Shown: positions 14,707 through 27,464 of the stretch, piece after piece
How the letters are laid out: each line of letters opens with the position of its first letter
How positions within the stretch are numbered: position 1 is the stretch's first letter
NCBI GenBank assembly: GCA_964016885.1
Contig: OZ024743.1
Span: forward strand, 55,862,001 to 55,926,000
Origin: Eledone cirrhosa
Lineage: Eukaryota
Reading direction: 5' to 3'
DNA: 64,000 bases
Notes under the pieces: model-generated
Told to the model about the DNA's origin: nothing
The model's input: only the letters and a program-made list of their open reading frames with translations
The model's database searches: none
Made by a program: the position numbers and the translations under genes

Positions 14707-17700
14707 GTGTGGTTGTTGGTATGTATTTGTATTTGTGTGTATTTGTGTTTCTGCGTGTTTGTAATTACGTTTACTATGTATTCATGTCTTGTGTCTAGCG
14801 CCTCCTCAAAAAGATATCAATAAAATAAGTACCAGATTTGAAAAAATGTCTTTCTGATTTCAACAATATTAACTAAATCCCTTTCAGGTGATGCCCCAGC
14901 ATAGCCGTAGTCTAATGAACTGAAACAGGTACAAGAATAAAAGAATAAATGGTGGAGAAAAATCATCAGAAAGATGGCGACGAAGAGAGTGGAATGGCGG
15001 GATATTTTCGCAAACTTTACATCACAATAATATTGTTTAATTGGATGCAACTTCCTGTACTCCAGTCTTTATGTCAAGAATTTACTGGAAGCAATTCATC
15101 AAGCCTATCTCTCTAATTTGAAACGTCTCTTTACTCCCCCCCCTCTCTTCCTCTCTCTCACTCATTCTGTCTCTCTCTTTCTTCCTTTCCTTATTTATTT
15201 ATTTATTTCATTTTCATTCTATATTTCGCTTTATTTTTCACTCCATTTCTTGCTACTCCGCTTAGTTTCTTTTAGTTCATTAAATATTCTCTTCGGATCA
15301 ATTCTTATATTTATGTGTTTTGTTGTTGTTGTTGTTTATCTCCCTCATATTCCCACTTATTCTTTCATCCCCTCATTCCTATACACATTCACCAGTCTTA
15401 CTCAGTGTCTGTCTAGATTTCTCTCTATATTTTCATATTTTTCCTACCTTTTCTCTTCATTTCTTGTAATGCACTATTACTGACTTGTCTATATTTCTCA
15501 CTATCTTCCTCGCTCTCTTTCCTCTTTTTTTCTGTCTCCCTCCACTCTCTCCCCCGCTTTCTACAGAAGTTCCTATATTTCTACCACTCTTTATAATTTC
15601 CCTTTCTTTTCCTCCCAACGTTCTCTTTCCTCGTCTTCTTATCATTCTAAGCTTTCTTTATATATCCACAGAAAACGAATTCACTCACCGTAAATCCATT
15701 GTCGAATAATTTGGTTCCTTGGACGGTCAGTTAACCACCGCAGCAGTTTACATTAATAGAACTCTCGGAAAAGTTAAATGAATCAACTCTGATTGGATGT
15801 CTATGCTAAACTGCTAGCGCCCTCTATTGAAAGTCAATTGAATAGAAAGGAAAACAGAATCCAACGTAAGCACATTTTACTGATTGCTTTCGTCTCTGAG
15901 GAATGAGAAAATGTGTTCCGAAGGCGACTTTATGCGCCATATATCGCTGCGCTTGGTTGGTTTCTAGCAACTGGGAAATAAGAATCCAGTTCTTGTTAGA
16001 AGGCGGAATAATTTTAGCCGTACAAAGCATATACTTAGGTGAGATTTAGTTAATTAAGTGTACAACTGTTAGAACACCTAAATATCTAGAAACATTCCCC
16101 ACTGTTTCGTTATAATTGATTTTTATTGGACGTTTGTGCGAACATAATCAGAAAATATTTTGGACTTGAATTGGACTGAGAATTAAAACCGTTTAAATGA
16201 TCGAAATATCGTTCACAGAAAGCTAGTTCCGTCACAGACACATTCTAGTCACCCATCACATTGTCTTTTTACCGCTACTACAATGGCCTCTGCTCTTCTG
16301 AAATGGTTGATCTCGTGCTACCCCCACTCAGCCATACCACATGTCCTTCTTCCATCACTAACAGATACCCTTCAGCCATTGGCCAATAGACGTTCTGTTT
16401 CCTATTTCTACCCTCACCCCAATGGACTCTGCTCCTTACATCTGGCTTATTACATGCCACCTTTCTTCAAGGATACCCACCTCAGACGCCCCTCCTCCTC
16501 TCATTCCCCATATTATGTCCACCCTGCACTTGCCACTATGCCCATTCCTTCCTCAACAGAACGTCGTCTTTTTCCTCCAGGAGTCGACCTGCAAAACTTT
16601 ACACCGAACTTCAATAGAAAATGTTATGGGCACGACCCCTTTCTCCGGATCAAACAGAAAAATATTGTAGAATCTCCTCGTCTCGAACCATACCTGGGGC
16701 CAATTACCCCTTTTCCGCTTCATATCTCATTCCTGCCAACATGTCAGCTATACGAATGAGATATATAAATACACATGACCAGTAATCGCTATGAAAGCAA
16801 GGTTGCTTGTTCAACGACATCAGGTCACTTGCTATAAATATGAAACCCGTCAGCGAAACCAGGAGGCATAAAAGGAATGTATGGAGGTATCTGATAGAAG
16901 TGGGGTTTGCAAAAGCCTCCAAAATCTGATCAAAAGTTTCCATCTCTGTTAGAAGTAACGATTCGATTTTCTGAATGCGCCAGTGTGGCCAATGTGCAAT
17001 TGCATAAAGTCATCTAGACCGTTTCTAGATATGATTTTGTTTATTAAGCTAGCAGATAGGGATAGCATAAGGTACTCCCAATTTCAGACAAGAAGAAGCA
17101 ATTAGATGTGGCATCGCAAAGCTAGAAGTATGGACGTGGACCATTTCTTCAATTCGAAACAAAAATGCCGTATTGTCAGAGCTAAGGTATGTGTCCTTGA
17201 GACGCAAGGGAAAGAAAACTGTTCGATGAGCTCATGTGGCAGGGGCACAGTGAGGCAACAAAGCCACAATTTGATTTTTAGCAGACCAGGATGGCATGTT
17301 GTTCAATTCCAAGCAGATATATGCAGCTTTCCAGCGGCTCTTTCCACAACTGTTCGGAGAGAATGGGGGGGGGGGGACCTAGATGGTAGTGGACTGTAGT
17401 TCCTCCGTCGACGATCTACTGGCTTTCGAAGGTGCGGAGCGCTGCGAAAAGCCTTTGCCAGGTAATTCTTTAGGCAGCTGATCTCTTTGACTACAATTCT
17501 GGTTATAGCGAAGACCGAGACTTGGCACTTAGCATCTGGGATGTTGTCAGGCGCTCACAACTCTCTGCTTATTGGGCAATGCGGTTAGCATTAGATTTAC
17601 GGCTAGATTAAACGTTCTATTGAAGACAAGCGGTGAGTTACAGCTGGGGACAATGGAGAATTTACAAAAACCGCTAGCCTGGTAGTGCTACTGAAAGGCA

Positions 17701-18709
17701 CTGTCGGGTCCAATCAAATTCGACAAGCACGGAAATGTCCGATGGACTTAGACGTATTGTGTGCGTGCATTGCTGACTTGTAGAGTTCTGTCGAACAGTG
17801 ATTGTCACGTGGAGGACGGATCCGTCTATCGGCCGACGCCATCGCGAAAATATCTACGCCGCCTCCGTTTGGTTGCGAAGGACGGGCAGTTTTGCCCTGT
17901 CTGGTGGCTATGGCGAAAGAAGTTGTGTGGTGTACGGGACTGAAAGGACTGAAAGACAAATACATCTTTATTCGGCCGAGCCCTCATCGACGTTTTCATG
18001 TTCCACTTTGAAAGGAAAATGAGGGTGGAGAGGAAAGGATTGCCTCCTAATTAAAAGCCAGTATGGCCTGTGTGAATAGACCTTCTCATGAATAGGTCTA
18101 CGCATGTCCCTAGGGAGAGCGGCATTATCCAATGGTGTTCTTGTCTGTCACGATGATTTCGGATCTGTGGTATTCTTAAATTACTCTCTGGATAGTGCTC
18201 CCTACTATTGGGGAATTCTGTTGTTATTAATTGTTCTTGTTACTTCCCTGTCTGGGAAGGGGGTTCTGTCCACTCGATTATTGTAAATCTCCACTATCCC
18301 TCTTTATTTGTATTGTCCTTTGTGTATAGGCCCTTGTGACCAATAAAGAAATTATTGGCGGTGGAATGACAGAATCGGTAGAGCGTTGGACAATATGCTT
18401 TACGGCATTGAGTAACAGCCCTTTACGTTGTGAGTTCAAATCCCCACACCGAGGGGTTAGCTTTGTCTTTCATCCTTACAGGGTCGATAAATAAAGCACC
18501 AGTAACGTACTGGGGTCTATTTAATCAACTTTCCCCTCTCCTCCAATTGTTGGCCTTGTGCCTAGATCAGAAACCATTATTATTATTTACCAATCAACAA
18601 ATGATTGATCATGATCTTGTTTTGTATTTTTTATTATTATTTTTCCCTATCAATTAAAGCAAGTAATTTTTAATACTCGAGTTTATTGCTCTCGTTTGTC
18701 TTCACTCAG

Positions 18710-19385
18710 TCGGCTGGTTGGTTGGGTGGCGGGTCGGCTGGTCAGCTTGTTGGCTGGTTGGTTGGGTGGTTGGGTGGCTGGTTGGCTGGTCGACTGGTTG
18801 GTTGGTTGGTTGGTCGACTGGTTGGCTGGTTGCCTGGTTGGCTGCTTGGCTGGTCGACTGGTTGGCTAGTCGGCTGGTTGGCAGGTTGGCTGGTTGGCTG
18901 TCGACTGGCTGGTCGACTGGCTGGTTGACTGGTTGGCTGGTTGGCTGGATAGCTGGTCGGCTAGTCTGCTGGTCGGCTCTTTAGTTGGTTGGCTGGTTGG
19001 TTGGTTTGCTGGTCGGCTAGTCTGCTGGTCGGCTGGTTGGCTAGTTGGCTGGCTGGCTGGTTGGTTGCTTGGATATTTGGCTGGTTTGCTAGTCGAGTGA
19101 TTGGCTGGTCAGCTGGTCGGGTGGTTAGCTGGTTGGCTGGTTGGCTGGTTGGTTGGTTGGTTGGTTGGCTGGTTGGTTGGTTGGGTAGCTGGTTGGCTGG
19201 TTGGCTGGTTGGCTGGTTGGCTGGGTGGTTAGGTGGTTCGGTGGTTCGGTGGTTGGGTGGCTGGTTAGCTGGTTGGCTGGTCGGCTGGTTGGCTGGTTGG
19301 CTGGTCGGCTGGTTGGCTGGCTGGTTGGATGAGAGGCTGGTCGGCTGGTTGGCTGGCTGGTTGGTTGGCTTGTTGATTTGTTGGT
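18710..19385. repeat. (GGTT/GGCT)n tetranucleotide satellite
   Basis: Direct inspection. Confidence 0.9.
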
Positions 19386-20249
19386 TTGATTTGTTTTTCG
19401 AAATAATGCTCCATTTTTCATCATCCGTTCTTCCTGTTGGTTGCCAAACGGCTGTCAATAGCATCATCAGCAGCAGCACTCTTAGACATCAGACATTCTA
19501 CAGGTTAGTCCCAAACTCCATTCATCATCTGCACTCTGCTGCCACCTAGCGGATGTTTTAGGTTAAACTTCAACGACCTGCTCACACATAACCAATAAGT
19601 CAATGAGGGATTTATATAGAATTTCGTCGCCTCTTTACAACTCTTTCCTCACAATTATCTCTTTCCTCCTCTTTGCTCATCTTTGCTTCTTTCTTTCTTT
19701 CTTTCTTTCGCCTTCCAGTCGTTCATTCATACTTTTTCTTGTCTATCTATCTTTCTATCTTTCTTTCTCTCATTTGTTTCTCTCTAACTTTCTTACTTTC
19801 TTACTTTCTTCCTTCCCTCATTTGTTCCTTCGTTCTTTTTCACTCTTTCATCCCTCCTTCTTCTTTCCTTCCCTTTTCTTTCTTTTTCCTTCCTCCATTT
19901 TGTCTTTCTTTCCTCCTTCCTTCTCTCAATTCTTTTTTTTTACTTTCTGTCTTTCATTCTTACTTTAATTCATTCCTTGTTTCTCGTTTTCTTTCCTACT
20001 TTTTCGAACCATCTATTCATTCATTAATTTTTCTTCATTCTTTCACTCGGTATTTTTCTTTCTTTTAACATTAATTTTTCTTTCTTTCTTTCTTTGTTTT
20101 TTCATCATTTCTTCAGTCATTCATTCATCCAGTCAGTCATTCATTCATGTTTTCTTTATTCTATCTCTTAGTCGTTCTTTCCTGCATTTTCTTTTCGTGT
20201 TTCTTTCTTTCACTTTTTCTTTCTTTTATTATTTATTTGTCTCTTCAGG

Positions 20250-20835
20250 GGTGGTGGACGGGCAATAATCGGTAGAGCGTCGGACAACATGCTTTGCGGC
20301 ATATAGTTTCGTCCCTCACGTCCTTACGGGGTCGATGAAATAAACCCTAGTAAGTACCAGTAACGAGGTTTACGGCATTGAGTAACAGTCCTTTACGTTG
20401 TGAGTTCAAATCCCCACACCGAGGGGTCAACTTTGCCTTTCATCCTTACGGGGTCGATAAAATAAAGTACCAGTAACGAACTGGGTACATTTAATTGACT
20501 TTCTTCTCCCCCTATTTTGATGACCTTGTGCCTAGATCAGAAACCATTATTAGTTTATCTCATTACGGGGTCGATAAAATAAAGTACCAGTAATGCACTG
20601 GGTAATTGCTGGTAGAAACAATTATTAGTTTATCTCATTCAAAGGGCGGTGCATTGGCAGTATCGGTAGAGGGTCGGACATGCTTTCCAGCATAGTTACG
20701 TCCCCTTACGATCTGAGTTCAAATCCTGCCGAGGTTAACTTTGCCTTTCATCCTTACCGGGTCGATAAAATAAAGTACCAGTAAGGTATTGGGTAATTGC
20801 TGGCCTTGTGCCAAATGTAGAAACAATTATTAGTT
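20250..20835 (+). mobile_element. Tandem cluster of tRNA-derived SINE copies
   Basis: Repeated ggtagagcgtcggac...gagttcaaatcc...ggggtcgataaaataaagtaccagt. Confidence 0.8.
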
Positions 20836-21896
20836 TATCTCATTATTTTCATCAATTCGTTCATCTATTGATTGTTTCTTTCTTTCTTTTCTCTTCGTCT
20901 GTCTATGCTTTTCATTTTCTTTCTTTCTGTTTTATCATTTCTTTCTTTGTTACCTTTCTTTCAGTCATTCAATATTTTTTGAATTTGCCTCATTGTTTCT
21001 TTTTCTTCTGTCCACCATTCATTCTTTCTTTCTTAGTATATTTTCTTAAAGCCAACCCAGCTGCCCACTGAGCATTACGTAGATTCGCTTATAGCTACAC
21101 CACTTCTGTTTATCAGGCCTTAACACTCTCTCCGTAAAACTCTCGTATCAGGAACTTATACAAGAGTTTGGTATTTAAATGCCTACAATTATATAAATGC
21201 CACCTAAAATATTTATGAAACTTAACCAAGGTTCCTTCCAATAATTTAAAATCCTGGCTGGAGACCCAGGGGTAGTACCCGAGTAAGATGGTTGGATGTG
21301 GATAATATTTATGAACTCGGCTGGTTACGTTTGGGGCTCCTGCCGGATCAATTGCTTGTGGCAGGACCCGCCGGAAGGCGTGCTTGAATACTTAACCTAT
21401 GAGATGCAACCTCGTAAAGAAGCAGCTAAACATGCATACGCATGAGCTATAACAACATTCATATGAGACACAGCTAGAATCCCTACCATTATAACAACTG
21501 AGAAACCTCCTATAAGATGAAACTTAGTAGATATGTAATACAGCAAAAATGTGTAGCAAGCAAAGATTAAAGTCTTTCTTGTCGGTTTATTTGTGTGTCT
21601 ATCATGTGATTAGTCATATAATTGTTTCTACCTTTGGCACAAGGCCAGCAATTATCCCAGTGTATTACTGGTACTTTATTTTATCGACCCCGTAAGGATG
21701 AAAGGCAAAGTTTACCTCGACGGGATTTGAACTCAGACCATAAAGGGCCCTAATTCTTTGCTGCAAAGCATGGTGTCCGACCCTCTACCGATACTGATAA
21801 TCCACCCCCCATGTGATTAGTCATGTAATATGTACTAATATAATATGCATTCAGGTATGTATGTAGGTAGATAGGTAAGTATATATATATATACTA

Positions 21897-22320
21897 TAGA
21901 GTAAAGCATGTCCAGAGAATTATTTTCCGAAGTAAATAATATGTCCCCTGAAGAGCTCTAAAACTCGAGTATTATCCTTAATAAGGTATCTCAAAAGTGA
22001 GCGAAACTCTTGGGTGTGGATTTAGTGATTTAATCCTGGTATGTATATAAGCATTTCTAACATAAATTTTACCTAATTATGTATGGTTGACCGTATATTT
22101 AATTAATTTCCACGTGCTGTTGAAATGTTGAGTAAATATTCTATAGCGGTTATACACGAACACGCCGCAGTGGCGTATTTATTTACTGTTTCTTCATAGA
22201 TGCCTTTTATTCTTAAAGCCTGGTCTAATTGATTTTTGTGTGGTAAATTATGCTGATTGGGAGTAAAGATGATGTATATATATTATCAAATAATTCTCTG
22301 GACATGCTTTACTCTAGTAT
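21897..22320. mobile_element. Inverted-repeat element with degenerate HHR
   Basis: Inverted ends tagagtaaagcatgtccagagaattattt / aaataattctctggacatgctttactcta; internal ccc-CTGAAGA-gctc...gagc-GAAA (~21945-22015). Confidence 0.55.
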
Positions 22321-22450
22321 TTTGCTCTGATTATTTAATTTATTAATTCTTCATTGAGCCACATCGTGAAAAGTTGCCAAAACACATATATACCTGTGAC
22401 TTTGTTTAATTGGTGTATGTGTAAATATTTATATATCTATATATATATAT

Positions 22451-22481
<31 letters not shown>

Positions 22482-22493
22482 TAATATAATATA

Positions 22494-22541
<48 letters not shown>

Positions 22542-22663
22542 GACAAACATAGAATATTCGAAAATATTCTGTATGTTTAGAATAAACATTTTGAAGACCC
22601 AATCGCTATAGAATAGAATACGTCACGTATTACAATTTGAGATTCTCGATAAAAGCAAGGGAA

Positions 22664-22706
22664 GTAACCTACGCGTTTCATTCTTATTAGAAATCATCAG
22701 GATTAC
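22664..22706 (-). ncRNA. Type I hammerhead ribozyme, left-arm copy (also at 22976, 23288, 23600, 23912, 24224)
   Basis: Reverse complement of gtaatc-CTGATGA-tttctaataagaat-GAAA-cgcg-TA-ggttac. Confidence 0.88.
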
Positions 22707-24600
22707 ATATCCAATGCTTTTATCGAGAACGACACAGCTAGAGACTTATAGAATACTTAGCTGTGTACAGGAACTGGTTTGAAAGAGCGGTAGCCGGTCC
22801 GGCAGAAATTAGAATTTGGATTTAATGCTCTGAAATAGCGATATATATGTGAAGACAAACATAGAATATTCGAAAATATTCTGTATGTTTATAATAAACA
22901 TTTTGAAGACCCAATCGCTATAGAATAGAATACGTCACGTATTACAATTTGAGATTCTCGATAAAAGCAAGGGAAGTAACCTACGCGTTTCATTCTTATT
23001 AGAAATCATCAGGATTACATATCCAATGCTTTTATCGAGAACGACACAGCTAGAGACTTATAGAATACTTAGCTGTGTACAGGAACTGGTTTGAAAGAGC
23101 GGTAGCCGGTCCGGCAGAAATTAGAATTTGGATTTAATGCTCTGAAATAGCGATATATATGTGAAGACAAACATAGAATATTCGAAAATATTCTGTATGT
23201 TTATAATAAACATTTTGAAGACCCAATCGCTATAGAATAGAATACGTCACGTATTACAATTTGAGATTCTCGATAAAAGCAAGGGAAGTAACCTACGCGT
23301 TTCATTCTTATTAGAAATCATCAGGATTACATATCCAATGCTTTTATCGAGAACGACACAGCTAGAGACTTATAGAATACTTAGCTGTGTACAGGAACTG
23401 GTTTGAAAGAGCGGTAGCCGGTCCGGCAGAAATTAGAATTTGGATTTAATGCTCTGAAATAGCGATATATATGTGAAGACAAACATAGAATATTCGAAAA
23501 TATTCTGTATGTTTATAATAAACATTTTGAAGACCCAATCGCTATAGAATAGAATACGTCACGTATTACAATTTGAGATTCTCGATAAAAGCAAGGGAAG
23601 TAACCTACGCGTTTCATTCTTATTAGAAATCATCAGGATTACATATCCAATGCTTTTATCGAGAACGACACAGCTAGAGACTTATAGAATACTTAGCTGT
23701 GTACAGGAACTGGTTTGAAAGAGCGGTAGCCGGTCCGGCAGAAATTAGAATTTGGATTTAATGCTCTGAAATAGCGATATATATGTGAAGACAAACATAG
23801 AATATTCGAAAATATTCTGTATGTTTATAATAAACATTTTGAAGACCCAATCGCTATAGAATAGAATACGTCACGTATTACAATTTGAGATTCTCGATAA
23901 AAGCAAGGGAAGTAACCTACGCGTTTCATTCTTATTAGAAATCATCAGGATTACATATCCAATGCTTTTATCGAGAACGACACAGCTAGAGACTTATAGA
24001 ATACTTAGCTGTGTACAGGAACTGGTTTGAAAGAGCGGTAGCCGGTCCGGCAGAAATTAGAATTTGGATTTAATGCTCTGAAATAGCGATATATATGTGA
24101 AGACAAACATAGAATATTCGAAAATATTCTGTATGTTTATAATAAACATTTTGAAGACCCAATCGCTATAGAATAGAATACGTCACGTATTACAATTTGA
24201 GATTCTCGATAAAAGCAAGGGAAGTAACCTACGCGTTTCATTCTTATTAGAAATCATCAGGATTACATATCCAATGCTTTTATCGAGAACGACACAGCTA
24301 GAGACTTATAGAATACTTAGCTGTGTACAGGAACTGGTTTGAAAGAGCGGTAGCCGGTCCGGCAGAAATTAGAATTTGGATTTAATGCTCTGAAATAGCG
24401 ATATATATGTGAAGACAAACATAGAATATTCGAAAATATTCTGTATGTTTGTCTTCACATATATATCGCTATTTCAGAGCATTAAATCCAAATTCTAATT
24501 TCTGCCGGACCGGCTACCGCTCTTTCAAACCAGTTCCTGTACACAGCTAAGTATTCTATAAGTCTCTAGCTGTGTCGTTCTCGATAAAAGCATTGGATAT

Positions 24601-24643
24601 GTAATCCTGATGATTTCTAATAAGAATGAAACGCGTAGGTTAC
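24601..24643 (+). ncRNA. Type I hammerhead ribozyme, right-arm copy (also at 24913, 25225, 25537, 25849)
   Basis: Stem I gtaatc/ggttac, CUGAUGA core, stem II ttct-aata-agaa, GAAA, palindromic stem III ACGCGU, GUA cleavage triplet. Stem I is extended by ttctcgataaaagca/tgcttttatcgagaa. Confidence 0.88.
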
Positions 24644-26048
24644 TTCCCTTGCTTTTATCGAGAATCTCAAATTGTAATACGTGACGTATTCTATTCTATA
24701 GCGATTGGGTCTTCAAAATGTTTATTATAAACATACAGAATATTTTCGAATATTCTATGTTTGTCTTCACATATATATCGCTATTTCAGAGCATTAAATC
24801 CAAATTCTAATTTCTGCCGGACCGGCTACCGCTCTTTCAAACCAGTTCCTGTACACAGCTAAGTATTCTATAAGTCTCTAGCTGTGTCGTTCTCGATAAA
24901 AGCATTGGATATGTAATCCTGATGATTTCTAATAAGAATGAAACGCGTAGGTTACTTCCCTTGCTTTTATCGAGAATCTCAAATTGTAATACGTGACGTA
25001 TTCTATTCTATAGCGATTGGGTCTTCAAAATGTTTATTATAAACATACAGAATATTTTCGAATATTCTATGTTTGTCTTCACATATATATCGCTATTTCA
25101 GAGCATTAAATCCAAATTCTAATTTCTGCCGGACCGGCTACCGCTCTTTCAAACCAGTTCCTGTACACAGCTAAGTATTCTATAAGTCTCTAGCTGTGTC
25201 GTTCTCGATAAAAGCATTGGATATGTAATCCTGATGATTTCTAATAAGAATGAAACGCGTAGGTTACTTCCCTTGCTTTTATCGAGAATCTCAAATTGTA
25301 ATACGTGACGTATTCTATTCTATAGCGATTGGGTCTTCAAAATGTTTATTATAAACATACAGAATATTTTCGAATATTCTATGTTTGTCTTCACATATAT
25401 ATCGCTATTTCAGAGCATTAAATCCAAATTCTAATTTCTGCCGGACCGGCTACCGCTCTTTCAAACCAGTTCCTGTACACAGCTAAGTATTCTATAAGTC
25501 TCTAGCTGTGTCGTTCTCGATAAAAGCATTGGATATGTAATCCTGATGATTTCTAATAAGAATGAAACGCGTAGGTTACTTCCCTTGCTTTTATCGAGAA
25601 TCTCAAATTGTAATACGTGACGTATTCTATTCTATAGCGATTGGGTCTTCAAAATGTTTATTATAAACATACAGAATATTTTCGAATATTCTATGTTTGT
25701 CTTCACATATATATCGCTATTTCAGAGCATTAAATCTAAATTCTAATTTCTGCCGGACCGGCTACCGCTCTTTCAAACCAGTTCCTGTACACAGCTAAGT
25801 ATTCTATAAGTCTCTAGCTGTGTCGTTCTCGATAAAAGCATTGGATATGTAATCCTGATGATTTCTAATAAGAATGAAACGCGTAGGTTACTTCCCTTGC
25901 TTTTATCGAGAATCTCAAATTGTAATACGTGACGTATTCTATTCTATAGCGATTGGGTCTTCAAAATGTTTATTATAAACATACAGAATATTTTCGAATA
26001 TTCTATGTTTGTCTTCACATATATATCGCTATTTCAGAGCATTAAATC

Positions 26049-26123
<75 letters not shown>

Positions 26124-26990
26124 ATGCATATATGTATGTATGCATGTGTGTACAGGTATGTATGTGTGTATGTATGTATGTAGATAAGTAGGTAGGTTGG
26201 TAGATATGTATGTGTGTGTGTGCTTGTAAGTTTGTATGTATGTAAGTAGGTAGGTAGTTAGGCTGATATGTATATATATATATATGTACTACGTATGTGT
26301 GTATGTACGTACGTATGTGTATATGTATGTATGTACGTACGTATGTGTATATGTATGTATGTACGTATGTATGTACGTACGTATGTACGTACGTATGCGT
26401 ATATGTATGTATGTTCTTTTGGTTGTATTATTTTATAAATTTTCACCCATAGAAAGAAAGTCGGTTTCTAACATGGAAACAATACTCTTTCATTGGAATT
26501 TAGACACCATGATCTAGGTAAATACGTATGTATGTCTTTGTCTATGTGTGCAAGTATGGCTGCTATTGCATGTGTGGATCTGTATGTTTTGAGTTATAAG
26601 TGTACGCGTGCATATATTTCTGTATCTAAATATGTGTATATGAAGTTATTACATTGCTGAATTTCCGAAATGTATGTATGTATATATACATGTATGTATG
26701 TATGTATGTATGTATGTATGTATGTATGTATGTATGTATGTATGTATGTATGTATGTATGTATGTATGCATGCATGCATGCATGTATGTATGTATGCATG
26801 TATATATGTATATATGTATCTATGTATGTATGTGCGTACGGATTTATGTGTTTATGTATGTGTATGCACATGTTTGAAAGTATATATATATATGTGTATG
26901 TATACATATATCTGTGTGTTTGTGTGTATTTATGTACGTGTGTATGCGTTTACGTACGCATTATGCATATATGTATGTATATCTATTATG

Positions 26991-27028
<38 letters not shown>

Positions 27029-27464
27029 AATGTTTGCATGTACGTATATATGTAGGTATGTATGTAAGTATGTATGTATGTATATACGTACATATATATG
27101 TAACTATGTATGTACGTCTGCTTGGCCTCATCACCAATGGTCGTTTATCTTGGAAATATATCAGACTAGTTTCTACTTAAAGACAGACTAAGACTGTTAT
27201 CATAGTGAACCTTGCTAGATCAGTTTTGATCTTAGTTTGATTAACGACTTCGCACATGGACTGCTTTACATCAATGTCATTAATAGTAATACATCAAAAC
27301 AGGAGAATTATGCTGAGAGAAGTTTCAGCCTATTTGTCCCACTATATCGTGTATCAAAAGAGAAGATCAGCTTAGTGTTTAAGGTTATATATCACTATGT
27401 CAGTGACTAACCAGCAATATTTATTGCAATGAAGCTTTTCTACTTCTTAATTTACAAATTTTCG

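Larger units (their letters stand above)
22539..26053. mobile_element. Palindromic tandem array of a 312-bp HHR-containing unit (retrozyme-like)
   Basis: Unit starts at 22539, 22851, 23163, 23475, 23787, 24099, 24411; inversion centre ~24433; inverted units at 24451, 24763, 25075, 25387, 25699, 26011; (TA)n on both flanks. Confidence 0.95.

Noticed and set aside
16000-18100. Degenerate transposase or host exons in a higher-complexity stretch
   Set aside because: Only faint motif resemblances (LEPYLG, DHFFNS); no consistent frame or termini. A translated search is needed.
22539-26053. CRISPR array or ordinary satellite
   Set aside because: No variable spacers, no cas genes, and a eukaryotic context. 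The HHR in every unit and the central inversion argue against a plain satellite.
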